The position numbers and the translations under genes are program-made. From the NCBI RefSeq assembly GCF_036321535.1, contig NC_087472.1, forward strand, positions 100,442,001-100,506,000: a DNA stretch of 64,000 nt, given 5' to 3'. The stretch's first letter is position 1. Every line of letters begins with the position of its first letter. This DNA is from Camelus dromedarius. Lineage: Eukaryota. Shown here in pieces: positions 1-13,009 of the stretch. Below the pieces are notes generated by a model that was not told the origin of the DNA, did not search any database, and saw only the letters and a list, made by a program, of their open reading frames with translations.

Positions 1-229
1 TGTTTTTTTCATTGGATCAAATACTCATTGTATTCTCATATATGAGTCAAGAGCTGTGTACCATTATTCACTCTCCTGATATTTTATCACCTATGCATCA
101 TTATTAGTCATTTTCTTTCTAGCAACCATCTCTAGTGAAAGTAGGCAAGTGTGTCAAGCAGCATTTCATGGATATATTTAGAGTCTTACTCTTTGATTTA
201 TCTGTGAAAGTGGATTAAGTGTGTATACA

Positions 230-710
230 CATATTTTTAAAATTTAATTTCTTACTGAAGTACACATTATACACATTATAATACAGCTCTGTGAATTTTC
301 ACAAACTGCACACACCTCTGTCACCAGCCCCCAGATCAAGAATCAGAACATGAGCAGCTGCCAAAAGCCCCCTTCATGTCTCCTTCTGGTCACTACCACC
401 CCACAAAAGGAAGTGCTGTTCTGATTATAATGTCATAGGCTCATTTTGCCTGTCCTTGAATTTCATATATATGGTACGCACGGGATATCTTGACTTCTTT
501 CACTCATTATCGTCTGGGAGATTCATCCATATTGCATTGTGTGTTGCAGTGGCCATAGAGTATTCCATTATATGACTGGACCACAATTTATCCTTTCTAC
601 TATTGGTGGGCCTTTGGTTTGTTTCCAGTTTGGGGCTTTTATGAATAATGTTGTGAGGAACACTCTTGTACGTATCTTTTGATGAACTCATGTGTGCGTT
701 ACTACCCAGT
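230..710 (-). mobile_element. Ancient L1 (L1ME-like) 3' fragment
   Basis: Degenerate L1 3' motifs such as tattccattatatg...tttccagtttggggct...atgaataatg. Confidence 0.7.
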
Positions 711-716
711 AAATGC

Positions 717-1238
717 TGTAAGAAAAACCATTTCCCTCTACTCTTCTAGATTCTTGGCTGAGAGGCCCCCCGCCCCCATAATTAAAAGACAGATTAACAG
801 GAGAAAAACAAACAAGTTTAATAAAATGTGTATCTCCTGTATACATGGGAGAGACCTAAGGAAACTGAGTAACTCCCCCAAATGGCCCAAGCCTCTCCAG
901 CTAAAGAGAAAAGATTTTTTGGAGAGGGGAAGCCAGTTATGGGAGGTTACCAGGAAAAGCACAGTAAACAAGGGTAAGGTAATGCAGATTTAAGTCACTG
1001 CCTTCTCCATTGATGAGTTTCTAGAGATTTAGAGTCATCCTTCTCTTCCTGGTACTTTGAGGGAGACACCCTTACAAATGGAGATTTCCCTCATACATGT
1101 AAATGTCTCTTCCAAAAGGATAACTTCCAGTTGGTTTTCAGAGTTTCTCCTGTGTCTGCTGATTCTTAAAAATAATCAGCCTCAAATAAGCCTTATGTCA
1201 AAGAGACATCTTAGTGTGTCATATTCTGTTCCCCTTCA
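717..1238 (-). mobile_element. Solo ERV1 LTR, MER34A-like
   Basis: Minus strand starts TGAAGGGGAACAGAATATG...GACATAAGG...CAGACACAGGAGAAACTCTGAAAAC and ends in CA, resembling the recalled MER34 family consensus. Confidence 0.7.
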
Positions 1239-1525
1239 ATATCTGAAAGAATGCTTTAAATATATTTCTGCTCATAGTTGTCAATTATTTTCTCCTCTGA
1301 GTACGATTGGGATTAGTAGCCACCTCTGGATAGACTCACATATCTGTATCGATATACAATGTGAGGCTTTTTATTCATAACTTGAATTAAGTTTTAGCAT
1401 CAGTTGTTTTTCTACTTCAATTTTTTCTAAGAGTCTGTTTCTGTGTTCATTTATTCCTTTACCAGCTACCCGTATCAAAATGTCATTTTTAAGTACCTTC
1501 AGAATTTTGGCTTTTCTTTTGCTGC

Positions 1526-1528
<3 letters not shown>

Positions 1529-1567
<39 letters not shown>
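1529..1567. repeat. (CA)n microsatellite
   Basis: Direct reading, about 19 units. Confidence 0.98.
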
Positions 1568-1570
<3 letters not shown>

Positions 1571-1984
1571 TTATTTTGAAATGAAAAACACTCCTAGGAC
1601 TGTCAAATGTATTTTGCAGATATTGAGGCAAAGGTTTGCCCTCCTGAAGAGTCTTGGAATGGTATAGGCTTATTAAGCTCTGATTCCTAATTTTGCCAAG
1701 GGGGGAAAAAGGGAAGAACGAAGTAAATGAAAGAGGTCTTGAAAAACTAAAGTATGCTTTATTTTGTTGTGATTACACCCAGTTTTGCTGGTTGACACTA
1801 TTATCTCCCTTTGTCCCCAGTTGCATTAATTTATTCCTTTCAGCAAATCTGAAGTTAATTCGACAAACTGAATAGAGCAAATATAGCCTGAAATCGAGCA
1901 AATAACTCCCAGTTGATTTTGGTAGGAGACAGTCGCTGAATACTCTTTACGCAGAGAACACTTAGCGAATAGTGTTATCTTTGG

Positions 1985-2147
1985 CAGTGCTTTTTTAATG
2001 TACAGATCGATCAGCTGGGGATCTTGCTGAAATGCAGATGCTGATTCTGGAGCTTTGGGATGGGGCTGGAGATTCCTGCTTCTCAAGCTCTGGGGTGGGG
2101 CTAGAGATTCCTGCTTTTCAGGGGACCACACTTTGAATAGCGAGGCT
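1985..2147 (+). mobile_element. MER5A-like hAT-Charlie MITE
   Basis: Motifs aaatgcagat..ctgattc and gggaccacactttga. Confidence 0.7.
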
Positions 2148-2424
2148 TTAGAGCAGAGCTGGGTTTCTGTAGAATCTTTGTCCATTGACCATTTAGGGAT
2201 GATAAACTTCCTTGCCTCAGGGCCACTCCGCCTGTCCTCTCAGTGCGGGCTGAAGAACCAGGGGTGTGCATTTTGTGTTAGAGCCGCAAAGCCCAGTGCT
2301 CTTTGGGCGCTTCTTTAAACCTCAAGTAGCAACTCCTTGCAACCTCGCCTCACCTAGTCTCTCCTCAGACATTCCAAACACCTGAAGAAAACCACTGAAC
2401 TCCTCAAACACACCAAGTCAAGCC

Positions 2425-2427
<3 letters not shown>

Positions 2428-2473
<46 letters not shown>
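2428..2473. repeat. (CA)n microsatellite
   Basis: Direct reading, about 23 units. Confidence 0.98.
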
Positions 2474-2475
<2 letters not shown>

Positions 2476-2599
2476 CTCAGGTGCTGATCTGAAGGAAGGA
2501 GTGGGGCAGGGCAAGCGTGAAACCACCCTCTTCTCTACTGCCTGCCATGCTTCGTACTTCCTCATTCATTTCATAGAGTTTGGGTGTCCGTTTCAACAT

Positions 2600-3013
2600 C
2601 CCTAGCCCTGAGCACTGCAGTATACACCAGCCTCCTTGCAGCCACTAGCTGTGCATTTCTCTGCCCGCCCATGTGGCAGCCCCGAGTGCCAGGGAATTAA
2701 CACTCCCCACCACATGCAGGGAGCAGCCCTCAGCCAGTGCCTGGTGAGAGCTGATAGATAAAGAGCCCAGCACTTTGCCCACCAGCGGGACCACTGAGCC
2801 AGATGGGCATTCTGCACTGGCTCCTGGAGTTCCCCAGGACTGAGGTTCAGCTGCCCTCAGCGGTAACTGGCTTGATGACACACCAGTATTAGCTGCCTTC
2901 CTGCCCTGTCTCACTTCCCCATTCTCCTGTTTCCTGGGAGCACATCCTAAATAAGCTGCTTGCTCTCACGTCCTTGCCTCTGAGTTACCCTCTGAAGGAA
3001 CCCAAACTATGTC
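2600..3013 (+). mobile_element. LTR16-like ERVL solo LTR
   Basis: gggagcagccctcagcca motif and terminal ggaacccaaactatgtca. Confidence 0.65.
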
Positions 3014-4039
3014 AGGGCTCTTTGAGGCCAGCAGTCAGGAAGTCAGAAACGAATTGTTCGTTTTAATAAAATGCCATTAGAAGAAAACACGGAAGCCCCG
3101 TGGGGTTTGTTCTAGGAGGGGTTTCACCAGCATCTAGTTATTTTGTTGGCCTAACACCAACCATTCAGATGGCTGAGAATAAGCCCGATAGTGGAGAGAA
3201 TGCTTCCGTGTTCCTGGGCTGTCAACAGAGTTGATATTCTGGGCTCCCTAGCCGAGCTGATTCTTGTCTTTCTGACTCTCGCTCCTGGAAGTATATCTCT
3301 GAGTTCTGCCTGAGAGCCCTTAACCACTTCTTGTGGCCCTTGTAACCCTCATCCTGGCTGTATCTTACTTACATGCTCCTTTCCATAGGCCTCCTTCCCT
3401 GCAGTTCTCTTTTGTGGGCTCTCTCTGCCCAGCCCCTTGGGACAAGGAGTCTGTTCCTGGACCTTCAATTTACTGTATGGAGGCTCCTGACTTTGTTTCG
3501 AGGATGGACCACACCTGTTTTCCAAGCTTTACACCAATGGTCATTGCTTGTCATAGCCATGTCTTTAGCTTGTCCCCCCTTCTGCCTTCTTCCCCAGACT
3601 GGAATTGGATCCAAACCTTGGCATAGGTTAAACCTCTCAATGCATTTTAGGACTAACTGTGCCCAAATTGAGGGTCTTGGCCCTTCTGTATTTCAATAGT
3701 GTGCCCTTTCCCCTCAAGACCTTGTATGCAGAATTCCGCTTTCTGTGGTTCCTCGTATGATTGGAACCCACAGCAGGCAGAGATGTTTGGGAGGGTGATC
3801 TGACTTGGCACTCTGGACTGGATTGCTCACAATCTTGCTGTACCCCTGCCACCCATCAGGCTGAACTCCCATGTCTTTGTTTGGACCTCTTGGGGATTCC
3901 TAATTAAAGACCCTTGATCCTTTGGGTTTGGTATTTTAAGGATACAGGCTACATCAGTAGGACTAGCTTTAATGTAAACAGTGAAAACATCAAAGATGGA
4001 TGACTAGGTGACTGCTCCCCTGTGACTTTGGGCTCTCTT

Positions 4040-4268
4040 CTTGACTTGTAGACTGCCACCTTCTTGCTGTGTTTTCAAATGGTGGAGAGAGAGAGATCTT
4101 TCTCTTCATGTAAGGCCACGGTCCTATTAGATTAGGGTCCCACCCTTATGACCTCATTTAACTTTAATTATCTCCTAGAGACCCTATCTCCTGATACAGT
4201 CACACTGAGGGTTAAGGCTTCAACATATGAATTTGTGGGAAAGGGAGACACAGTCCAGTCCATAGCAA
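4040..4268 (-). mobile_element. MaLR LTR fragment (MLT1A/B-like)
   Basis: cccacccttatgacctcatttaac...gcttcaacatatgaattt...agtccatagca. Confidence 0.75.
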
Positions 4269-5269
4269 TAACTGTGTCCAGCCTCCCCCTCGACTCCCCA
4301 CATTCACCTAGCTGAATCCTGAAATTCCACCATTAGAGATTAATTTCTTTGGTTTAAATAAAGAGTTGTTAAAATGTAAATGGCTACAGAATTTGGTTGA
4401 TGTGTCTTGTTGTGAGGTCTTCTGAGAGCAGGTAAGGGTTCAAAAAGTACAAGGCCATTGGGTGACTCCAAGTTGGGAATGGGCCCCACCTAGAGGAGAG
4501 AAAGGGTACTAAAAGGGAAGTCGATTTTCTCTGAGCAGTGTCTTTGCTAACTTTGCCAAGGCCTGATCAAATCCTCAGAATTATTTTCTTATCCATTCCT
4601 ACAAGACCCCTTACAGTCAGGGAACTAAGTATTTAACCTTGCTTCCTTGGATCTATGAGCAATTTGAAAGAAGTTGCCTTTCGAAGAGGGAGTCTTATTA
4701 ACTGTGCAAAGGGAGAAGTAGAAGTACAACTTCTCATTGGTTTATCCAGCCTTCTATCAACACAAACTTTTTATTAGCCTGTAAATTATGTATAAGGACA
4801 GCAGATGTTTGTAGTAAAGATTCTTATGTGCTGTTGGAGCCTAAAGTACTTTTTGAATCATCAAAGATTAAATTATGTACAGGATGATTTTCATATTAAC
4901 TGTGATATTGATAGTCTTGGTTACTGCTTGTTACTAAATGGTAATCCTTTATCAACCAGGATATTTCAGTTTCAGTACTCCATCTTCCTCTTGTGTTGGC
5001 ATCAAAATGGTATCCAAGGTGAAGTGAGCCCTTCTTGTGGCTTGTTATTGCTTGGATTGGCTGCGTGTGGATAATTAGCCCAGGTAATCAGAACACTGTA
5101 TGAGTCAAGCACATAGATTTGACCCCATTGTGGCCTTTGCTCGTAGGGGGACTCATTGAGGGTGGGCCAGTGCTGGTTCAGTTCTGCCAAGGAAAGTGCA
5201 TGGAATTCCATCTCCTTTGGACCTGCTCCATCAATGGTGTCATCTTGAGGTCCTTTACATTAGCTTTAA

Positions 5270-6965
5270 AAAAAGTGCACAGTGGTAAGCACTATCCTGA
5301 AATTGGTGTTCACCTTCTTATATATTATACTTATCCTACATATGAATATGTCCCTAAGCAAAAGAGAATGCTACTTGCATGCTTTTAAACTTTATATAAT
5401 GGGTATCATTTTTACTCTCATTGTTCTATGACTTACTTTTGTCAATGTCTTTTTTGTGAGATTTGTCCTTTTTGCTACATGTCCTTTTTGCAACTCTAGC
5501 TCATTTCTTTTTCTTTGCTCTGTAGTAGCCTATTATGTAAATATATAATCTATTTGTACATCCTTCTATTGATGGTCATTTAAATTATTTCAGATTTTGT
5601 TATTAAAAATGCAGCTGCTATGAACAGCCTTGAACATGCTTCCTTGTGCTAATATATAAATGTTTCTCTAGGGATTCTATTCAGTAATGGAAGTACTGGG
5701 TGGTAGGGTGTATGCTTTCAACTGTGCCAGATGTTGCCAGATTAGTTTCCTAAGCAACAATGTAAGAGGCTTCCTGTTGCTCAGCATCCTTGACAACACT
5801 TAGCATAGTCAGACTTTTGAATGTCACTAAGATGATAGGTATGATATGGTATCTCTTTTGGTTTTGATTTGCATTTCTCTTGAGTACTAGTGTTCCCTGG
5901 CTATTTAAATTTCATCTTTGTGAATTTCTAGTTCAAGTTTTTAACCAATTTTTTTTCTATCAGGTTGCCTGCATTTTATAAAATTGATTTCTAGATGTTC
6001 TTTATATATTCTAGATACTGATTTTTAATGATACATGTTATAGATAATGTCTCCCAGTCTGTGGCTTATTTTTTTTCCCACTTTTTATGGTGTTTTCTGA
6101 TAAACAAAGTTCTTTCAATGGAGTCAAATTTCTTTTTTTTTTTTTTTGTATATTTTGCACTTTTGTTCTTATCCCAAAGACAAAAATATTCTTCTCTACT
6201 GTTTCCTAAAAGTTTTAAATGTTGGCTTTTGAAATAATTTTGTTCTAATTGGAATTGAGAGAGGAATCTACATGTGGATTGTTTTTACATGTAGAAAACC
6301 AGTTTTCCACAATCATTTATTGAAGAGTTGATCCTTGCCCTCCTGAGCTGCACCTACCCTGGTACCTTCTTTGTTATATCAAGTGCCCATATATGTGTGA
6401 ATCTGCTTCCAGGCTCACTCAAATTTGGATTCCTGGTATATTTGTCAAGCCCCGAGTAATACTACATTGCCTTGATTGCTGTTGCTTTCTAATGAGTCTT
6501 GGTATCTGGTAAGTCAAGCCCTCCTTTCTTTCTTTTTTTGTCAAATTGTCTTAGCCACTTTCTTTTATATATACAGCTGACCCTCTGTGTCCATGGGTTC
6601 CACATCCTGGGATTCAACTACCTGCAGATTGAAATATTTGGGAAAAAAAGTTCCAGAAAGTTCCAAAGAGCAAAACTTGAATTTGCTGTAAGTCGGCAAC
6701 TATTTACATAGCATTTACATTGTACTAGGTAGTATAAGTAATCTAGGGATGATTTAAAGTATACATCCTCTGTGGGTTATATGCAAATACTATGCCACTT
6801 TATATAGGGACTTGAGCATCCTTGGATTTTGGTACCTTGCAGGGGCTCCTGGAACCAATCCTCCTGCAGATACCAATGGATGACTGTACACTTTAGAATT
6901 ACCATAAAGTTCTATAAATAACCTCATTAAGATTTTGAGTGAAATTATCTTGAATTTGTAGCATT
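5270..6965 (-). mobile_element. Ancient L1 (L1M) remnant interrupted by MER2
   Basis: Degenerate L1 3'/ORF2 antisense motifs (gatttgcatttctct, tttatatattctagatac, catttattgaagag). Confidence 0.7.
6574..6886. mobile_element. MER2-like TcMar-Tigger element
   Basis: TA-flanked, with imperfect TIRs cagctgaccctc and ggatgactg. Typical internal sequence gttccaaagagcaaaacttgaatttgc. Confidence 0.8.
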
Positions 6966-7149
6966 ATACATTTTTGCCTAAATTACTTTGATATAGATTA
7001 TTTCATTTGTGTCTTGCAACACCTTGAGAGGTAGGTTAATATTAGTCTCATTTGTCAGAGAAGGAAGCATATTAGAGAAATTAAATGCCTTGTCCACAGC
7101 TCACAAAGCTAGTCAGTGGCAGAAGCTGGTCTGTTTAAATCCTCCCCTT

Positions 7150-7500
7150 TTTTTGTTGAGAAATAATTCACATACCATAAAACTTACCCTTTTAAAGTAT
7201 ACAATTCAGTGGTTTTTAGTATATTCACAAGGTGGTATAACCATCACCACCATCTAATTCCAGAACATTTTCATCACTTCAGAGAGAAGTCCTGCACTCA
7301 TTAGTGGTCATTCCCCATTTCCCCCTCCTCCCCGCAGCCCCTGGCAACCACTCATCTACCTTCTGTCTCTATGGATTTGCCTGTTCTGGAGATTTCATAT
7401 AAATAGAATCATGCAATATATGGCCTTCTGTGTCTGGCTTCTTTCACTTAGCATCATGTTTCCAAGGATCTTCCATGTCATGAATTAGAACTTCATTTCT
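7150..7500 (-). mobile_element. L1MB-like 3' end
   Basis: ataattcacataccataaaacttaccc...ccctggcaaccact...ttcacttagcat. Confidence 0.8.
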
Positions 7501-9580
7501 TTTTCTTTTCCTTCATTTTTTTCTTCTCTTCATTTCCTTTCTTCATTTTCATCGTCTTTCCCTTTTCATTCTATTCCCTTTCCTTCATCCCTTCAGTCCT
7601 TTAGGCAAATCTTACGACTCTAAGTCCAGTGCTCTTTTTCCAGCTACCAGATGAAATCAATCAGTAAGTGGACATTTATGTCTTTAAGAAGTTAAGGATG
7701 AAATGAAATTAACTACTCATGAGCCTGACAATGAAGTTCTTTGGCCTCACTCCCTGTTGGCGTGCATTAGACACTCAAACGCTGAGCTGAGTGCACCAGA
7801 ATTGAGGACTCGAATCAGAGTTCTTTAGAAGAATCTTGCTACTATTGTTTACTCTATGCAAAGCCAGACTTTTGCTAAACACTGTGTCTGGAAAGTTGAA
7901 TATTGTTTAGGTTGTGCATTAGATATGCATACTTGCTTTTGTAGAAGGAAAGTCATATTTTCTTCCAGTGAACATTAGGTTATCCAGTTGAGTATGTTAT
8001 ATAGATCTTGGTTTGAAAGAGTTACATCAAGCACCATATGGAAAGAACCCTTCTCTCTTTAGAAATGTACCTATTCAGTTAAGCAAGATTTTGCTGTTAA
8101 CCTTAACTATGAGCTTGAATTGAACTGTGAAGAAAATTCTGAGTGAATGACGTTACAACTTGCCAAGCCCTGAGCTAAACTAGGGGCAAGTATGTATGTT
8201 TCCCGGCAAAGTCTGCTGAATTAATTCCTTACTGCTCCTCAGACCACTCCCAGTGAACAAACTGAACCCAAATTTGGCAGAATGGAGGGAAAGGAGAGAT
8301 TAAACACACTCGCGCGTGCACACACACACACACACACACTCGTAATTAGTTGATCTGCAACAAACCTCAAGCTGTTCTCTTAACTAAACCTAAATCAAGC
8401 CAATAATACATTTAGATTTTAACCAGCTATTTTGGAAATTATTTTATAAGGCTGTAGTTCTTCCAAATGTTCACAACCCACAAAATTGGTTTTGGAAATA
8501 ATCCTTTTCCCCTCTGCCTACAAGGAATGGCAAAACTGAGTTTAAGTTCATTTGCAATAATTTTTCTTCCCCTAAATTTTCAGATACCATTCTCTTTCTC
8601 TGTTTCCTTTTTTTCCTTGCCATGGATTTACTCTTCTTTCCCAATAGTATGTCTCCCTCCTTCAAAAATCTCTCCATTCATTGACCCGTGCACACTTTCA
8701 ACAAATATTTCTGAAGTTCCTACTATGTTCCAAGCACTCTCCTACGCACTGGGAACTCAACAGTGAATCCAACAGACAAAACCTCTGCCTTTAACAAAGC
8801 TTATTTTCTCCTGGGGGAAGCAGATAATAAAGAAATAAAATATGCATTATGTTAGATGGTGATTAGTGCTGTCTGTGGAAGAAAATGAATCAGAAAAGAG
8901 GCACAGGGAGCATTGAGGGGCTGTGATTTAAATAGCATTTCTCTAGGTCAGGGATTGGCTAACTATGGCCTGTGGCCCTCCACCTTTTCCTGTAAATAAA
9001 GTTGTATCAGCACACAGCCACACCCGTTCATTTACAGATTGTCCATAGAATTCATTCGTTGTGACAGAGACCATATGGCGCTTTGTAGAGAAAATGCAGA
9101 TTTGTATATACGATAACTTTTCAGAATTAATACCCATGTTGTGCTTTTCAGGTTCCAAACCATCCTCACAAACACTGCCTCATCTGGGTGTGGCAGCGGG
9201 GTTGGGAGGTAGGTCTAAGTAGCTTTGTTTTACAGGTGACTAAACCGAGGCTTGGAGAGGTTACTGAGGTTATCCAGGGCTGCCGACCTTGTAAAGTGGT
9301 GGTGTTTAACTCTACAAGTTGGTGCTTTTTCCAGCCTAATATCCTACTCCTATGGTAAATACAACCCAGTTTTTTTTTTTGTTTGTTTTGTTTTGTTTAG
9401 CACCAGGAGCTCCCTCGCATACAAAACACAGAAAGGCAATAGTATGTCAGCATCAAGTGTGTGAGTGCTAAAGCTTGGCTATCCAAGTTCAAATCCTCAC
9501 CCTGCCACTGACCTCTGTGACCTCTGTGCCTTGCCTCAGTTCCCTTTTCTATAAAGCAGTTATGATAATATGCCTTTCAG

Positions 9581-9708
9581 TAGGGTGATGATACATCCCA
9601 GTTTGCCCGAGGCAGCCCTGATTTATGCCCATTTTCTCTGTTAATTAATAGTGTCTCATTTTACTCTCAGGTGCTCCAGTCTGGACATTAAATTGTACAC
9701 ATACCCTA
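9581..9708. mobile_element. MER94-like hAT-Blackjack MITE
   Basis: Termini tagggtga and accccta-like (acccta), about 130 bp long, internal gtttgcccg...attaaattgta. Confidence 0.65.
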
Positions 9709-11482
9709 GTTAGGGTTGTTGCCAGGATTGAGTTAGTACAAATAAAGCACTGAGATTCCTGCCCCGCCATAGCCTGGGGCCGTGGTTTCTTATCACAATG
9801 CCATGCCAACTCATCACTTAATTTTCTTCTGACTCATTGCTTGGTTCCATTAAGTCCAGACTGATCCCTGTCTGGGGGAGCCTTCTACCAGGGCACGCAG
9901 TGCCCTCCGCCTGCAGTGTTCATCCCCCAGCGAGGCTCCAGGCTCACTCCCTGACCTCCTTCAGCAGGTCTTGGCTCAGATGTCATCTTCTCCTGATGCT
10001 TTCACAGGCCACCTTTCTAAAATTGCCACTCCCTCCCACACACTTTGTATCCACATCCCTGCTTTAGTTTTCTGCTTAATGCTTATTACCATTAACATGT
10101 AGATTTTATCGAGCAGCTAATGATGTTTTTAGTGTAGTTCTGTTTTGCTGTTGGGTAGAAAGAAAAAAAAAAACCCAAATAGACTATACCTGGGAGAAGA
10201 AGGCTTATTTTTCTGTTTTTAAAAATTGTGTGTCTTTATCATTAAAATTTTAGAAATTCCAGAAAACCACAATGAAACAAATATAATCCGCCCATAGTCC
10301 TACCCTCCCACGAGAGTTGTCATTTTGAGGTATATTAAGAAGAAAGCAATTTCACACCAGCTCTAGAGGGAATGCATTGTCTAGCCTAATCTTATAACTT
10401 CAGCTGGACAGCTTACAGGTAAATGTAGATTTACCATATTCTCTAAGTATTATAATTTTGATTCCTTTAAGGTAAACTTTTCTTCTCCATGTTTTCATCT
10501 GAAACTGGTCTGAGAGAAAATATCAAAACTCCAGAAGTAAGGAAAAAAACATGGCAGAGCGGTTGAGCGAGAAGCGAAGTTCCCCCACTTGGAGTTAAGG
10601 TTTCCTGGTGTGTTGGCAACGCGGTGGCCTGATTGTTGCCAACATGAACGTCTTAATAGAAAGGATCACGTAGTGATGTACTTTTTACTTGCTGACTTTA
10701 TAATATGGCGCAAATGGCACGTTCTTTGTGTGTCATTGTCTCCTCTAAGTATATAATGCAGCTCTAGTGTGTTTGCTTCACTGCCCTCTTTAAAACTTGT
10801 AACTGTTTCATCTGTTTGTCCCTTTACATTTTTATGTGTTTGAGTGCCGCACCAGCATGTAAGTTCTAGAAGGGCACAGTTGTATCTGTCTTGCTCACCA
10901 GTGGGTTCCTAGCGCCTCATGTAGTGCCAGGTACATGGTATTTACTCACTAAATATTTGCCAAAAGGGAAGTCCCTGGAGCCCGATGGCGCAGGCTCGCC
11001 CACCTGTGCGGGGGGTTGGGGTGGGGACAACCAGTGTGCGGAGGGTCCTCCACTGCGAGAGAATGAAGCCCTGAAAGATGACCCTGGCCCCTCAAATATC
11101 ATCCTCACTTTCTCTCTCAGGTCTCCAATTCTTTTAACAAATGACAGAGTCATTAGTTCAATCATCCGAGTTGGTTTAAAGTGACACTGCTTTTGAGACT
11201 TGGAAGCTCGCTAGGACCTTCTTGCTCAGGGATCAAGAGGGGTATTAGCTACAGTCCTGAGGTGAGGGTGGGGGCAGTTGTGATAGGGTGGGAATGGGGA
11301 AAGGAGCACAGGGAAAGGAGGCTGAGGAGGGCCTGGGCCATGTGGGATGGCCAGGGAGGAAAGAGTGCAGGAACGGCGGTGGGCCCACAGTCCCTCCCTG
11401 CCTCCCTGAGAAGCACATTCAGTGTCCCCCCTAGTCCAGGCACATGAAGCAATTAGCAGAGTGCTGAGCACACTGCGTCTTT

Positions 11483-11589
11483 TTTTTTAAATTGAAGTAT
11501 AGTCATTTTACAGTATTGTATTAATTTCTGGTGTACAGCATAGTGATTCGGTTATACTTATGCAGGTATATATTCTTTTTCATATTTTT
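11483..11589 (-). mobile_element. Short L1 3'-terminal fragment abutting the SINE
   Basis: T-tract then attgaagtatagtca...ggtgtacagcatagtgattc, similar to the other L1 3' ends in the window. Confidence 0.75.
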
Positions 11590-11684
11590 TTTACTTAATT
11601 TTTATTTTTGGAGGCACTGGGGATTGAACCCAGGACCTCATGCATCCTAAGCACACGCTCTACCACTGAGCTATCTCCCTCCCC
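11590..11684 (-). mobile_element. tRNA-Ala-derived SINE (Vic-1-like, camelid)
   Basis: Reverse complement GGGGAGGGAGATAGCTCAGTGGTAGAGC...GGTTCAATCCCC shows Pol III A and B boxes and an A-rich tail. Confidence 0.85.
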
Positions 11685-12553
11685 ACCATGCTACATCTTT
11701 ATTCAGGCAGATCATGTCCATATCAAATGCTATTTTTCAGTATATCTTTCTAACTACAATACTGGTAATTACTATTTATTGAGTGTTTGCTCTGTGCCAG
11801 GGATTGTTTTAGGTGTTTTATGTATATTGACACATTTATATGTCCCAGCAACTGTCAGATGGATGATAGTGATATTATCTCCATTTTATAGATGAGGAAG
11901 CTGAGGCATACAGAGAGACTGAGTTACTTGTTTGAGGTTTGAGGGGCAGCGAGTAGCCAAGCCAGAATTCAAAGGCAGGGACTTTCGCCTTTTTAAACAT
12001 TCTGCTGTTTGCTTCATTAGTGGTCATGGCGACCTTTCTTTACTATGGTTAATATTTATCGACAACTCACAAGGAGTTGGGAAGTTACTGAATATTCCTT
12101 CCTGAGAAACCCCACCAGCTGTAACCTGACTTTCCCATTTCGGTCCATTTCCTTTCAACCTGACCCTTTCCACTGAGAACCTGGGAGACAGATTGAAATA
12201 TTCTGTTTCATACTCACCCTGTATTTTTTTTTAACTGTAAAATTTTTCATCCATTCCTGAGACTAATCTATGTGACTGTTATACTTTGAATGAGAGAAAT
12301 GATTTTTTTTTTTTCCCTCAGCATTCTAGTCATCATTCTTGTTGAGTCGCTAGTTTCACCAGTAAAATGTTTTTGGCATCCATTCTCTGAGAAGCAAGTG
12401 TGGACTGTTGCTCGAGTCTCTAGGTGGCAGAAGGACTTATAGGAGCTGCCTCTAGAGAGCAGCCTTTCTGCTATCAAGTTTACTGACCCCTCAGAGAGTT
12501 CAAGGTCAAACTGGTGCACACATGATATCACACGGCTTTCCCTGCAGTGTATT

Positions 12554-13009
12554 TTTTTTTATTGAGTTATAGTCAGTTTACAATGTTGTGTCAATTTCTG
12601 GTGTACAGCACAATTTTTCAGTCATGCATGAATATACATATATTCATTTTCATATTTTTTCATTGTGAGTTACTACAAGATCTTGACTATATTTCCCTGT
12701 GCTATACAGTATAAACTTGTTTATCTATTCTATATATACCTGTCAGTATCTACAAATCTTGAACTCCCAGTCTGTCCCTTCCCACCCCCCTCCCTCCTGG
12801 CAACCACAAGTTTATGTTCTATGTCTGTGAGTCTGTTTCTGTTTTATATTTAAGTTCATTTGTCTTCTTTTGGTTTTTGTTTTGTTTTGTTTTTTTAGAT
12901 TCCACATATGAGTGATATCATATGGTATTTTTCTTTCTCTTTCTGGCTTATTTCACTTAGAATGACATTCTCCAGGGACATCCATGTTGCTGCAAATGGC
13001 ATTATGTTG
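12554..13009 (-). mobile_element. 5'-truncated young L1 (3'UTR and end of ORF2), close relative of the full-length copy
   Basis: High similarity to 49270-49691. Perfect 15-bp TSD tccctgcagtgtatt at 12539-12553 and 13010-13024. Confidence 0.93.

Noticed and set aside
11605..11684. tRNA-Ala genes at the three tRNA-like loci
   Set aside because: Diverged stems, A-rich tails and TSDs show they are SINEs.
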